Source: Candidatus Kapaibacterium sp.
GTDB lineage: Bacteria; Bacteroidota; Ignavibacteria; Kapaibacteriales; JAEUSM01
Direction: 5' to 3'
Length of the DNA: 64,000 nt
Assembly (NCBI GenBank): GCA_016788785.1
Contig: JAEUSM010000015.1
Coordinates: forward strand, 45,253-109,252
Shown here: one piece after another, positions 30,737 to 41,097 of the stretch
Position numbering within the stretch: position 1 is the first letter of the stretch
Layout: each line of letters starts with the position of its first letter
Made by a program: the position numbers and the translations under genes
Notes under the pieces: model-generated
Databases searched by the model: none
The model's input: only the letters and a program-made list of their open reading frames with translations
Told to the model about the DNA's origin: nothing

Positions 30737-31282
30737 CTATTTTGGTTCTTTCAAATCCATTAGTCCTGGAATCATTGTGATATATATCCGTTTTTTTGCA
30801 ATATCGACCTTTTTCACTATTGATGGAACTGCTGGAATTGGTAGAAAGTACTTTTCATTTTCTATATACCAAATTTCATTAGATGGATATACTTCTGAAT
30901 GGGAGAAAATGCCTATTTTTAGATTGTTATGCATAGTGTAAACGCTACAACCAGCTAACTCATGATCGAAATAATCCTCAGTAGATGTTCTCACTAAATC
31001 ATATACGGAAGCAAAAATTCCAAATTCTTTAATTTGCTCAATACTTTCAGGGGTTGAAAACTCTTTAAGTCGTAAAATGTATTTATTGAACGTACATTGC
31101 GAAAATTCAACGGTATATTTTTTTGCAAATTTTTCGGAGTAGCCTAATAAAACAAACGCTCCTTGTTGTAAAGAGCGTGGTTTTTCTTGAACATCATTGA
31201 CTAAAAAAGCTCCCTCAAGACCGTATGGTTTGGAGACAACACCTATTTTAATTCTTGTAGGTTGGTTGTTGTCATTAGACAT
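30737..31282 (-). CDS. rimM: 16S rRNA processing protein RimM (start set at the Met just downstream of the lipA stop)
   Basis: IKIGVVSKPYGLEGAFLV RimM signature. The upstream part of the tracked ORF overlaps lipA. Confidence 0.7.
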   Translation of the reverse strand: MSNDNNQPTRIKIGVVSKPYGLEGAFLVNDVQEKPRSLQQGAFVLLGYSEKFAKKYTVEFSQCTFNKYILRLKEFSTPESIEQIKEFGIFASVYDLVRTSTEDYFDHELAGCSVYTMHNNLKIGIFSHSEVYPSNEIWYIENEKYFLPIPAVPSIVKKVDIAKKRIYITMIPGLMDLKEPK

Positions 31283-32156
31283 GTCGTTCAGCATGGTAAG
31301 AAGATCGAACCAATGGACCAGATTCAACATAGTTGAAACCAATTTCTAAGCCAATTTTTTTGTATTCGGCAAATTCGTCTGGGTGTACGAATCTATCGAC
31401 GGGTAAATGATTTTTTGTTGGTTGAAGATACTGACCTAAGGTCAAAATATCACATCCAACCCCAACCAAATCATGCATTACTTCCAAAACTTCTTCTTTT
31501 GTTTCACCCAAACCGAGCATGATACCAGTTTTGGTTCTCATTCCTAAGCGTTTTGATTCTTTCAATACTTCCAATGTCCAATGGTATTTACCTTGTGGTC
31601 TTACTCTTCGGTATAAACGAGGTACAGTTTCCGTATTGTGATTCAAAATATCAGGTTTTTCTTCAATGATTCTGTGTAAGTTTTCTAATTTCCCTTTAAA
31701 ATCAGGTACTAACACTTCAACTGAAGTTTTAGGACTCAAGCGTTTTGTTTCGCGAATGGTTGTAGCCCAAATAGTTGAACCACCATCTGGAAGTTCATCA
31801 CGATTTACAGAAGTTATAACAGCGTGAACTAAATTCATTTGCTGAATTGCTTCTGCCACTCTGCGAGGTTCATCATAATCAACTGGAAGAGGTCTACCAG
31901 TTTTAACAGCACAAAAACCGCAGGAACGAGTACACGTATCGCCATGAATCATAAAGGTTGCAGTTCCCGAACTCCAACACTCACTTATATTTGGGCAACG
32001 AGCTTCTTCGCAAACCGTGTGTAACGATTTGGAACGCATCATTTGTTTGATTTTAGTAAAGGATTCACCACCTGGTGCACGAACTTTTAACCACTCAGGA
32101 CGTCTATTTGAGGGCAATTCCGTTGGCTGAATAACGGGTAGTTCTAAATCAATCAT
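31275..32156 (-). CDS. lipA: Lipoyl synthase
   Basis: Two Fe-S cluster motifs CEEARCPNISEC and CTRSCGFC, 293 aa. Confidence 0.9.
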   Translation of the reverse strand: MIDLELPVIQPTELPSNRRPEWLKVRAPGGESFTKIKQMMRSKSLHTVCEEARCPNISECWSSGTATFMIHGDTCTRSCGFCAVKTGRPLPVDYDEPRRVAEAIQQMNLVHAVITSVNRDELPDGGSTIWATTIRETKRLSPKTSVEVLVPDFKGKLENLHRIIEEKPDILNHNTETVPRLYRRVRPQGKYHWTLEVLKESKRLGMRTKTGIMLGLGETKEEVLEVMHDLVGVGCDILTLGQYLQPTKNHLPVDRFVHPDEFAEYKKIGLEIGFNYVESGPLVRSSYHAERHV

Positions 32157-32159
32157 ATA

Positions 32160-33011
32160 TTATGGAAATGTAAGCGTTAAAGATTTATTAGTCGCAACTG
32201 AGTCTAAAGACGAAATTTCCCATGTTTTAATGGAACCATACGTGACAGAAGAACCATTAGTGATTTTGTAATACCCAATTCCTTGTGTTTGACCACCACC
32301 AGGTACAAAAACAGGCACTTCAGTTCCTGCTACAGAAAATGGTCCAATTGGCTCAGGAGAATTGTTTTTAATGAAAATATAAGCGTATTCTTTTGGGACA
32401 ACTAATCGTAGTGTCGTAGTAGCTGTTGGTTGTTTTAGTACATCTAATGTATCGGCAATTTTCACTGTCTCACCAATAATAACATTTGTACCTTTGGAAG
32501 TATCAAAGGTTGTTTGTGAGGTTTCGCCTGTATACCGTAATATTCCCGGATTATCAACATATTCAAAGGGAACTGCAGCATTGGAAGCAATAACAAAGGT
32601 TGAACCGTTCATTTCAAACAACAATGAAGTATAAAATCCATTCATCATTGTTACTTTGTATCGCTTGACAACTATAATTTCCACAATTTGCTCCATTGAC
32701 ACATTTCCTGATCTGTCAACGGAAACAGCCTTGATGGTTAGTGGGCCTGGAGGATATTGTGAAAAATCTATTTTATAGCGAAAAGGTGGTTTCATTATAG
32801 GAATTGTATCTGTACCTATTGCTATAATTACAGCAGAAACTGCATCATCATCATCAACTTCCACTTCCACAATGGCTGAGTCAATGTATTCACCTGCTTT
32901 TGGAGAAAGAAATGTTAAGGTTGGAGCTGTTGTATCTGGTTCTGTTGAGTCAAAACAAGCAACAAAAACCAAAGTTACTGCAATGATAAGAGTATGTTGA
33001 ATAATTTTCAT
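32160..33011 (-). CDS. Hypothetical lipoprotein (283 aa)
   Basis: Lipobox LVFVACFDS with beta-rich composition. Directly upstream of lipA on the same strand. Confidence 0.45.
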   Translation of the reverse strand: MKIIQHTLIIAVTLVFVACFDSTEPDTTAPTLTFLSPKAGEYIDSAIVEVEVDDDDAVSAVIIAIGTDTIPIMKPPFRYKIDFSQYPPGPLTIKAVSVDRSGNVSMEQIVEIIVVKRYKVTMMNGFYTSLLFEMNGSTFVIASNAAVPFEYVDNPGILRYTGETSQTTFDTSKGTNVIIGETVKIADTLDVLKQPTATTTLRLVVPKEYAYIFIKNNSPEPIGPFSVAGTEVPVFVPGGGQTQGIGYYKITNGSSVTYGSIKTWEISSLDSVATNKSLTLTFP

Positions 33012-33017
33012 AATAGA

Positions 33018-33692
33018 TTATAACGAAAAGTTCACTTGTCCGCCAACTTTAGCAGAAAAAACGTAGGGTGTAAAGCCAAAGGATGATTTATGATATAGTG
33101 CAATTCCCCATTCAACTCCAGCTTGAATGGATACAAAATCAGACATTACAGGAATATCAACACCAAATTCAGCTGTTGTACCATAGGATAATGCTGTATT
33201 TGACGGTAACTCACGTTTGCCTTTTTGTGATTCAATTGTCAATGAGGTTGTAGTCGTTGTAAAAGCTGTAGCTCCAATTGACGTGAAAAATGATGGTTCT
33301 TTTGATGCAGGATTGAATCGATACCGCACTTTTGCAGTTGCATTTGCCAAAAAAAGAGGAAGGAGACTATCGCCTTGCGTTACAGAAGTACGAAGTCCAT
33401 CCCAAATATCAAGATTTTGATCTTTTAATTGCACTCTATCGAAAAAAAGTAAGTGAAAATCTAATGCTAATGCGTATGAAACGCGTTTTGATGTTCTATA
33501 ACCAACTGTAAGACCAGCCGTAAATTGCGGTGGTAGAGATAATGGAACGGAACCTGTTAGTCCACCTCCTAATTCGATTTCAGCATAAACATTGGAAAAA
33601 GAAGGCTTTTTCTTTGGTTGAGCAGTAACGACGATAGTAGAAAAGAAAATTGAAACTAAAATGAAAATGAAAAGTTTTGGCATAAAGTTCAT
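33018..33692 (-). CDS. Outer-membrane beta-barrel-like protein
   Basis: Signal peptide MNFMPKLFIFILVSIFFSTIVVTAQP, then an alternating-hydrophobic beta pattern. Confidence 0.45.
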   Translation of the reverse strand: MNFMPKLFIFILVSIFFSTIVVTAQPKKKPSFSNVYAEIELGGGLTGSVPLSLPPQFTAGLTVGYRTSKRVSYALALDFHLLFFDRVQLKDQNLDIWDGLRTSVTQGDSLLPLFLANATAKVRYRFNPASKEPSFFTSIGATAFTTTTTSLTIESQKGKRELPSNTALSYGTTAEFGVDIPVMSDFVSIQAGVEWGIALYHKSSFGFTPYVFSAKVGGQVNFSL

Positions 33693-33923
33693 ACTGATAA
33701 TTGTACAAATATACACTTTTCAATCGAAATTCACTAAAAAGCGGGAAATGTCATCTAAAAATTACCTTTAAGAGTGAAATGTGTGTAACTTTTTTTACAC
33801 TCGATTGTTTTGATATTAGGAAAAAAAGCAAAAAAAGTGTAATTTGTACCCACATTTCTCATTTTAATGCTGAAACAATACTCGTTTTCCCAAGAATAAA
33901 TTACAATTTTATATAAAGATTTA

Positions 33924-36900
33924 ATGGAGTTAAAAGGTATGATTCGTAGATTTCTACTCTTTGCCTTGCCCCTTTTTATACTCATCCCAGTGTTAGTAAC
34001 TGCTGGTACATTCGGAGTCCTCACAGGTACTGTCTCAGATAAAGACGGAAAACCAGTTGTTGGAGCAAGTGTATTAGTTCAAGGAACAACATTAGGTGCA
34101 TATACGAAAGCAAATGGGCGGTTCACCGTACTAAAAATTACTGCTGGTTCTTATACAGTAAAAATTTCTGGTGTTGGTTATGCTGATGAATTTGTGAAAG
34201 TTCGAATTTCTGCAGATGCTACTGAAAACATTATTGTGACATTGAAACCTAAAGATGTGACTACAAAGATTGTTTATGTAGACGCAGCTAACAATAAACC
34301 CATGGTTTCAAAAACAGCTGTAGGATCTAACCGAAATATCGAAGGAAAAGACAATGTGCGATTGGCTCGTGAGAACGTCGCACAAACTGTGACTTTACAA
34401 GCCGGTGTTCAAGGTGGTGGTAATGGATTTATTATCCGTGGATCAAGAGTAACAGAAACACAAGTTCGTGTCGATGGTTTAGATGTAGGAGACCAAATCT
34501 CTGGTGGTTTAACAGCTGGTGGTAACATTTCTAATTTTGCGGTAGAGGAGGTACAGGTATTAACGGGTGCTTTTGCTGCAGAATACGGAAATGCTATGGG
34601 TGGTATAGTCAATACAGTCGTTAAAACTGGTCGTACCGATAAAATTGAAGCTATACTACGTTACAGAACAGTCTTAGGTGGATTAAATGGTGCATATGAT
34701 AATGGTTTGTCACCTGCGGATCCAAAAAGTAGTAATTATGAAGTTAATATTGGTGGTCCATTACCATTTCTTTCAGGATCTACCTTTTTTATTAGTTCAC
34801 GATTTGATTATACTGGTAATGCATCTGCAACAACTCAAGTAATTGACCCATGGGGTAATAACTTGGGAATATATAACAACCCAAGTTATTCCAATAGTAT
34901 CTTGCCACGTTTAAAAATTAATGTTGCTTCTGGTATCAATTTGATTTTTGGTGGACAATGGTCATTACAAGCAACAGAAGATGCTGGATGGGCTTGGAGA
35001 TATGCTACTGATCATGGATTTAAAAATGGAGATTCTATTTTAGTTCCTGAGTCTCGAGTAAAACAAGGTTTTAGACAATCTATTTATAATAATGCCTTTG
35101 TTCGTTTAAATCAAACATTGTCTGAAAATAGTTTTTATGAATTTACTGTTTCTACGAACAATAACACCTTTGAAGGTGGTAGATATGCTGATCCAACGCA
35201 GACAACTCCTTCACTCTTTACAGGATTCAATCCGCTTTATCCAGAAGATAGATTTGCAGTTGGACCTGTTGATGTGAATGGTGTAGTAACCTTAGTTAAT
35301 GGTAGAGATAGATTAATTGATCCTTATACATCAATTACAGCTGAAGGGCTTGCTCAAGGAGGATTTTTACTTGGTAATCGACCAACTAGAAACCCACTTA
35401 CTGGTTATATTGAAGGTCCAGGTGATTTGACTGGTACAACCAATCCTTATGCTCTTCGACAATTTGCTTTCTTAACTCATGGTAATAATGAAGGTTTTGA
35501 ATTTAGAACGACAAACTTTATCCAATTAGATGGTAATTATAATCTTCGTTTAGAAACAGAAGATGCATCTCATATGATTAAGGCTGGTTTTGAAACCAGA
35601 TTTTTTACATTACACAGACATAATAATGGTTTACCTTGGGATGCAAATGCATTCTTTGATGTTTATACTGACAAATGGGGAGGAAATCCGTATGTTTCTG
35701 ATCCTGCGGCAGTAGAGAAAACTTCTAAACCATTTACTCCTGTAACAGCTTCAGCGTTTGTTCAAGATCAAATTTCTTACAAAGGAATTATCATAAACGC
35801 AGGTCTTCGTTTTGACTATATGAATTCAAATTCATTAGCGAGAAGAAGTTCAGCGATAAATACATTTATTCCTATAGATGCTCCTGATTCATTGTTTAGT
35901 CAAGCGACTCCAAAATTTCAAGTTTCTCCAAGATTATTTGTGTCATATCCTATAACAGATCGTTCGGTATTTAGTGTTAGTTATGGTATTTTTTATCAGA
36001 TGCCACAACCTAATAATATGTATGATGGATTTAATACTACGAGACTTCGTGGTAATCAGGCATTAGGTGATCCAAATATTGACGTACAAAGAACAAATCA
36101 GTACCAAGTTGGATACAATTTACAAGTTAATGATGAACTTGCGTTTGACGTTACAGCATATTATAAAGATATTTACAATCAGGTAGGTGTTCGTTATGTT
36201 CCGACAATACCAGATGCTTATTCTGAGTTTTCTGTTGGTGAATATGGTTCGACAAGAGGTGTTGAGTTTACTTTACGTAAAAGACCAAGCAATAACTTTG
36301 CAACGAACTTAAACTATACCATTGCTTCTGCTCGAGGAACAGCATCAAATGTTGGAACGAACTTAGCTGCAACATTTAGTATAGATCCATTTACAGGAAG
36401 AAATGCATTTCCATTAACAGAGTATTTCTTGTCCTCAGATGTCAGACATAGAATTAATGCTGATGTTACTTTCTTCTTTGGTAGAGATGAAGGACCAGAA
36501 TTGTTTGGTGTTAGACCACTAGCAAATTCTTCTATAAATTTATTAGGTACATTTAGAACAGGAACTCCTTATACTAAATTAAACTTTAATGGTATTCAAA
36601 TTGGTGAATTCAATGGCGAAAGACAACCAGCTAACTTTAATGGCGTCGATATTAGATTCAACAGACAATTCTATTTAAAAGACATATTAGGAGACGGTGT
36701 AAATGATATGTCTATTACTTTGTTTGCTGATATATTTAATGTTATGAACAGAACAGTCCCGGTTGCAGTATTTGCTAGAACTGGAAGTGCTGATGATGAT
36801 GGGTTATTCAGAAGTAGACAATTAGGTGATTTTGCTAGTACTCCGCTTTTTGAAACTGCTGATATCAATAGACCTGAAACAATCCGTTCTGATCAATTTG

Positions 36901-37073
36901 ATACGTTTGGTAGAAGACTATACTCTGTAGATGCAGACTTTAATAAAGATGGGGTAAATACTCAGCAAGAAGTATACAGATCTTACCAACGTTGGGTTAA
37001 AGATGTAATAGCATTTCAGGGTAATTATCAAGGACCTCGATCATTCGCGGTTGGATTTATGTTAACCTATTAA
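33924..37073 (+). CDS. TonB-dependent receptor with an N-terminal carboxypeptidase-regulatory-like domain (Oar-like / SusC-like class, 1049 aa)
   Basis: Signal peptide. CarbopepD_reg-like GVLTGTVSDKDGKPVVGASVLV...GSYTVKISGVGY. Plug motif VEEVQVLTGAFAAEYGNAMGGIVNTVVKTG. Long beta-barrel region. Confidence 0.8.
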   Translation: MELKGMIRRFLLFALPLFILIPVLVTAGTFGVLTGTVSDKDGKPVVGASVLVQGTTLGAYTKANGRFTVLKITAGSYTVKISGVGYADEFVKVRISADATENIIVTLKPKDVTTKIVYVDAANNKPMVSKTAVGSNRNIEGKDNVRLARENVAQTVTLQAGVQGGGNGFIIRGSRVTETQVRVDGLDVGDQISGGLTAGGNISNFAVEEVQVLTGAFAAEYGNAMGGIVNTVVKTGRTDKIEAILRYRTVLGGLNGAYDNGLSPADPKSSNYEVNIGGPLPFLSGSTFFISSRFDYTGNASATTQVIDPWGNNLGIYNNPSYSNSILPRLKINVASGINLIFGGQWSLQATEDAGWAWRYATDHGFKNGDSILVPESRVKQGFRQSIYNNAFVRLNQTLSENSFYEFTVSTNNNTFEGGRYADPTQTTPSLFTGFNPLYPEDRFAVGPVDVNGVVTLVNGRDRLIDPYTSITAEGLAQGGFLLGNRPTRNPLTGYIEGPGDLTGTTNPYALRQFAFLTHGNNEGFEFRTTNFIQLDGNYNLRLETEDASHMIKAGFETRFFTLHRHNNGLPWDANAFFDVYTDKWGGNPYVSDPAAVEKTSKPFTPVTASAFVQDQISYKGIIINAGLRFDYMNSNSLARRSSAINTFIPIDAPDSLFSQATPKFQVSPRLFVSYPITDRSVFSVSYGIFYQMPQPNNMYDGFNTTRLRGNQALGDPNIDVQRTNQYQVGYNLQVNDELAFDVTAYYKDIYNQVGVRYVPTIPDAYSEFSVGEYGSTRGVEFTLRKRPSNNFATNLNYTIASARGTASNVGTNLAATFSIDPFTGRNAFPLTEYFLSSDVRHRINADVTFFFGRDEGPELFGVRPLANSSINLLGTFRTGTPYTKLNFNGIQIGEFNGERQPANFNGVDIRFNRQFYLKDILGDGVNDMSITLFADIFNVMNRTVPVAVFARTGSADDDGLFRSRQLGDFASTPLFETADINRPETIRSDQFDTFGRRLYSVDADFNKDGVNTQQEVYRSYQRWVKDVIAFQGNYQGPRSFAVGFMLTY

Positions 37074-37088
37074 TACAAGGAGAAAAAA

Positions 37089-40000
37089 ATGAAAAATAAC
37101 AAAATTTTCTTGCTTGCACTTTCACTTATACTTACTGTAACTTGTATTAGTAATTCTTTTGCCAGAACTAAAGATACTGGTAAAGATGGTAAAAGTTCTG
37201 AAGGTGTATTAAGAGCAGCCACAGGTGTCTATGACTTACAACAAAACAAAGTGTCAAATATTGAATTTTACACTACTAATTATGGTATTTTCGGTTTAAA
37301 CGTTCGTGGTAACGTCGGAGGTGGCTATTGGCCTCGTCGTGGGAACAATCAGTATATTTTCGGTGGTGGAATATGGTTCGCAGCTCAAAAAGTTCCTCCA
37401 GGATCAGTAACTGGACAAAAAAGGAAATTATGCGTAATTTCGTATAATCCAAATTCTGGTGCTTCTTGGATGGTTCCTGGTAGTATTAACGATGGAGACG
37501 AAGTACAAAATAACTTACGTGATAAATATCGTGTTTATTTCTCAACTGATTTCCGTCCGAATGATGGAGCTGCGAGAATTGCATCAGATGGTCCAAATTG
37601 GCCAATCTGGGATACTGATCAAGGTGCAGAAATTAAAGTAGATCGTTATTTTGGTAGACACGAACCAGACGTTGCAAAAAGAAATAATTCAACGTATCCA
37701 AAAGGACCTGCATTTATATCAGGTGAAGATATTTTTGCAGTATTCAAAGATACTGACCTTCAACGTTATGAAGGTGGTGAAGATATCCAACGTGCTAAGG
37801 GTTATCCGATGCGTCTTCAATTCGAACAGATGTTCTACACATGGGGATTTGGTGATTACAAAGATTTCATGTTTATGAAATATGATATCATCAACTTCTC
37901 CAAAGACACATTGACCGAATGTTATATGGCTCCTGCATTCGATATGGATATTGCAACAAGAAATAATAATGTTCAAGGTGCTGCTAATGATAGAACACGT
38001 TTCTATTTTGAAGATACTACTCTCAATATGGCGGTACAATGGACCAATCCTGATCGTGGTGAAGGTGGTAGAGATTTCGGTTATATTGGTTTTGACTTTT
38101 TAGAATCTCCAGCTGTTGATGCAAATGGGTTTATTCGTAAAGATAAAAAAGTATTTACTAATGAAGAACAATTAGGGCTTCATGCTTTCAGAAACTGGAT
38201 TATTCAAAATGACCCTGTAGATGATGATGGTCGTTATAACTTCTTAGCTGAAGATATAAAAGACGGCGATACAGGACCAGGTGATAAACGATTTTTAATG
38301 TCTACTGGACCATTTAAATTACGCCCAGATGATACAGCAAGGGTAGTAATTGGTCTTGTAATGGCGAAAACGTCAAAAGGTCGTGATGCAGATGGAACAG
38401 TTGAAGACATGGCAGAATTAGTTCGTAAAGATATTTTCGCTCAAAGAGTGTATGATGATAATTTTAGAACTCCTCGTCCTCCTGATATTGCAAATGTTGC
38501 AACGAGTGGTATTAATAATGGTATCATTGTAACTTGGGATTCAACATCTGAGTTGTCTACAGACCCATTAGAAAATGGTTTAGCATTTATGGGTTATCGT
38601 TTATTTAGAGCTCGTCGTTTGGATTTGGATACTTTTGATACTGATGATAGACCAGCTGTATCTCGTGGACCTTTGGCTTGGAAACAAATTGCTCAATACC
38701 AAATTCCTCCTCCGTTTTTGAAAGCTGATCGACCGTTCAGTGTTGAAGGTTCAGTTATCCAAGCACCTCAATTGGATTCTATCGAAATTATTAATCGTGT
38801 TGGAACACATAGAATTAATGTCAATAGAATTCCTTCAAGATCATTTCCTTGGGGGCAGTATTTCTTGAGATTACAAAATGAAGGCAGATTATCCGAGCTG
38901 GCAAGAATTGTTAGAGGGCAATTTATTGTTGATTCTTTGAGAGTAGATTCTTTGCGAATATCAACAACTACAACCGCGGGAAATATTACAACTACGACAA
39001 TTTCTCCAATGCCTTTTGGGTTTACAGTTGCAAATTTACCTGCCGTTAGAGCTGCAATCTATGATTATTGGGAAAAAGGTCTTGGAAGATTTGAATTTAC
39101 CAAATTTGAAACAGAGAGATTTACCATTGATTCTCTTATTGTACCATTCATGACATTGGCTACTAACAATAGAACATTTGTAGATTTTGGTGATGATAAT
39201 AATAATGGTACAATTGAAGTAACTGACAAAATTGAAACTACAGAACGTATTTTGAACAATGTCGATTACTATTACAAGCTTCGAGCATTTGATGAAGGTG
39301 AATACTGGGTACAAAATACTCCTTCAAAACTAAATGACGGAGTGGAAGGTATTAACACCGTTCGTGCAGTTGCATTAGCTTCTCGTGCTGGTCAAAATTC
39401 TAAAATAGAAATTACCAATATTGATTCGGATAAAATGGGTGGTTTCTATAATTTTAGAGTTTCCACACGAGATCAAGAACGCTTAAATCAATTGTTTGCT
39501 AACAAAACCTTAAGAATAGTATTTGATCCGTTTTTCTTTAAAGTTGAAGCTCCAAGATTATCTGATAAAACAGGAACACAACAAAACAATGGTGTATACG
39601 GTGCTCAAATTAGAGTTTTAGATTCTACAACGGTTCCATCTAGACAAATTTTCAATACATTTGAGTTTTTAGAACCAATTGATGGTCAAATTGATTTTTA
39701 CAGAAGTATATTTTCTGAAAATGGAGCCGTTTATTTAGGAAATGATACCATACGTGCTGCTACAAATCAAGACACTACTTGGATAATCCAACGATCTGGT
39801 TCATGGGATAGTAGATTCCCAATCCAACAAACTATTGGTTTAGGATTTGATTACACCTTACAGCAATGGGGCGGTAGATATAGACAATGGGATGACGGTG
39901 TCAGAAAAGTCACTGGAAACTTTACTGATGCTATTGTAAGACCTCTTATGACTACAAGTCTTCCAATGATTGTAAATCCTGACTTAGCAGGTAACGCCCC

Positions 40001-41033
40001 AACAGGTTTTGCAACATCATACAACATTGGTCCAGCTGAATACCATATTCAAATGGTTCCCGGAGGGACTGAAGATATAACTATGACCTATAACCGTAGA
40101 AGTGGTGCAATTACAAAAACATTTAGAGTACCATTTTTAATCCCTCAGGTAAGAAATGCTCTAACTTGGAAAAGAATTGACCCTGAAACCGGTGATTCTA
40201 TCACTATGTCTTATCCAACGCTATTAGATCATGCTACACTTCCATTCGATACAACAGCAAATAATGGATTTATAACTAGATTGGAAAATGTACCTGTTGC
40301 AAACTTTAATTTGACTTCTTATGGATGGGTGAATAGTCCAAGAGACATAAATGAAAGTCCCGCAATTAGAAATAATCAATTAACAGGAGCTATTTCTCAA
40401 GGGAAATATCTACTTTCAGGAGTTGCAACAGATGGCTCTGGAGATAGAGTAGACTTTGTAAATGTATTTAATGCTTCAGGTACTATTACATTATTTGATT
40501 TTGCGAATAAAGGTGCAGCCGCTGGTACGAGAATTCTTCCACTCATAACTCCTGCTCCAGCAACAGACTTGGCAGCAGGTGATATTGCTGTGACAAAAAC
40601 ATTTGGTGGTGGTTTAGGATTCCCATATCCTGGAGCTTCTATTACTGTGAAAATATCTGAACATAGCCCTGTAAATAAAGAATATACCAGCAGTATGTTA
40701 GATTCAGTGAGAGTTGTTCCAAATCCATATTTGGTTACACATCAGGGTGAAAGATCGCAATATGATGCGAAAGTATACTTTACAAAATTACCTCAGGTAT
40801 GTACAATTAGAATATATACTGTTAATGGTGATTTAGTGAGAACATTAGAACATAATGAAGCAACGAATACTTCTAACGATAGAGTTGGTATGGATATTTG
40901 GGATTTATTATCTTCAAATAATCAACGTGTTGTATCTCAAGTGTTTATCGCTCAAATTTCAACGCCAAGTGGTGCTGAATCTGTAGTGAAGTTTTCAATC
41001 ATCTTAGGTGGTTTCCGTACAGTTCCACAATAA
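37089..41033 (+). CDS. Large secreted protein with a C-terminal T9SS type-A sorting domain (1314 aa), function unknown
   Basis: Signal peptide MKNNKIFLLALSLILTVTCISNSFA. C-terminal region VRVVPNPYLVTHQ...CTIRIYTVNGDLVRTLEH...DIWDLLSSNNQRVVSQVFIAQIS...SVVKFSIIL follows the T9SS CTD pattern. It starts 16 nt after the TBDR stop. Confidence 0.6.
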   Translation: MKNNKIFLLALSLILTVTCISNSFARTKDTGKDGKSSEGVLRAATGVYDLQQNKVSNIEFYTTNYGIFGLNVRGNVGGGYWPRRGNNQYIFGGGIWFAAQKVPPGSVTGQKRKLCVISYNPNSGASWMVPGSINDGDEVQNNLRDKYRVYFSTDFRPNDGAARIASDGPNWPIWDTDQGAEIKVDRYFGRHEPDVAKRNNSTYPKGPAFISGEDIFAVFKDTDLQRYEGGEDIQRAKGYPMRLQFEQMFYTWGFGDYKDFMFMKYDIINFSKDTLTECYMAPAFDMDIATRNNNVQGAANDRTRFYFEDTTLNMAVQWTNPDRGEGGRDFGYIGFDFLESPAVDANGFIRKDKKVFTNEEQLGLHAFRNWIIQNDPVDDDGRYNFLAEDIKDGDTGPGDKRFLMSTGPFKLRPDDTARVVIGLVMAKTSKGRDADGTVEDMAELVRKDIFAQRVYDDNFRTPRPPDIANVATSGINNGIIVTWDSTSELSTDPLENGLAFMGYRLFRARRLDLDTFDTDDRPAVSRGPLAWKQIAQYQIPPPFLKADRPFSVEGSVIQAPQLDSIEIINRVGTHRINVNRIPSRSFPWGQYFLRLQNEGRLSELARIVRGQFIVDSLRVDSLRISTTTTAGNITTTTISPMPFGFTVANLPAVRAAIYDYWEKGLGRFEFTKFETERFTIDSLIVPFMTLATNNRTFVDFGDDNNNGTIEVTDKIETTERILNNVDYYYKLRAFDEGEYWVQNTPSKLNDGVEGINTVRAVALASRAGQNSKIEITNIDSDKMGGFYNFRVSTRDQERLNQLFANKTLRIVFDPFFFKVEAPRLSDKTGTQQNNGVYGAQIRVLDSTTVPSRQIFNTFEFLEPIDGQIDFYRSIFSENGAVYLGNDTIRAATNQDTTWIIQRSGSWDSRFPIQQTIGLGFDYTLQQWGGRYRQWDDGVRKVTGNFTDAIVRPLMTTSLPMIVNPDLAGNAPTGFATSYNIGPAEYHIQMVPGGTEDITMTYNRRSGAITKTFRVPFLIPQVRNALTWKRIDPETGDSITMSYPTLLDHATLPFDTTANNGFITRLENVPVANFNLTSYGWVNSPRDINESPAIRNNQLTGAISQGKYLLSGVATDGSGDRVDFVNVFNASGTITLFDFANKGAAAGTRILPLITPAPATDLAAGDIAVTKTFGGGLGFPYPGASITVKISEHSPVNKEYTSSMLDSVRVVPNPYLVTHQGERSQYDAKVYFTKLPQVCTIRIYTVNGDLVRTLEHNEATNTSNDRVGMDIWDLLSSNNQRVVSQVFIAQISTPSGAESVVKFSIILGGFRTVPQ

Positions 41034-41097
41034 TTAATAACTCCATAGACCGCTTACGAATGTTCGTAAGCGGTACTATGAATAAAAGGAAAACAAT

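Noticed and set aside
37089-41033. The 1314-aa CTD protein as the T9SS sortase PorU, suggested by its size, its C-terminal sorting domain and its position immediately upstream of a PorV-like gene (porU-porV synteny).
   Set aside because: The protein has only four Cys, and none is preceded by a His at the spacing expected for a C25 (gingipain-like) His/Cys dyad. There is no GHG-type motif, so peptidase identity is not supported from the sequence. Kept as unknown cargo.
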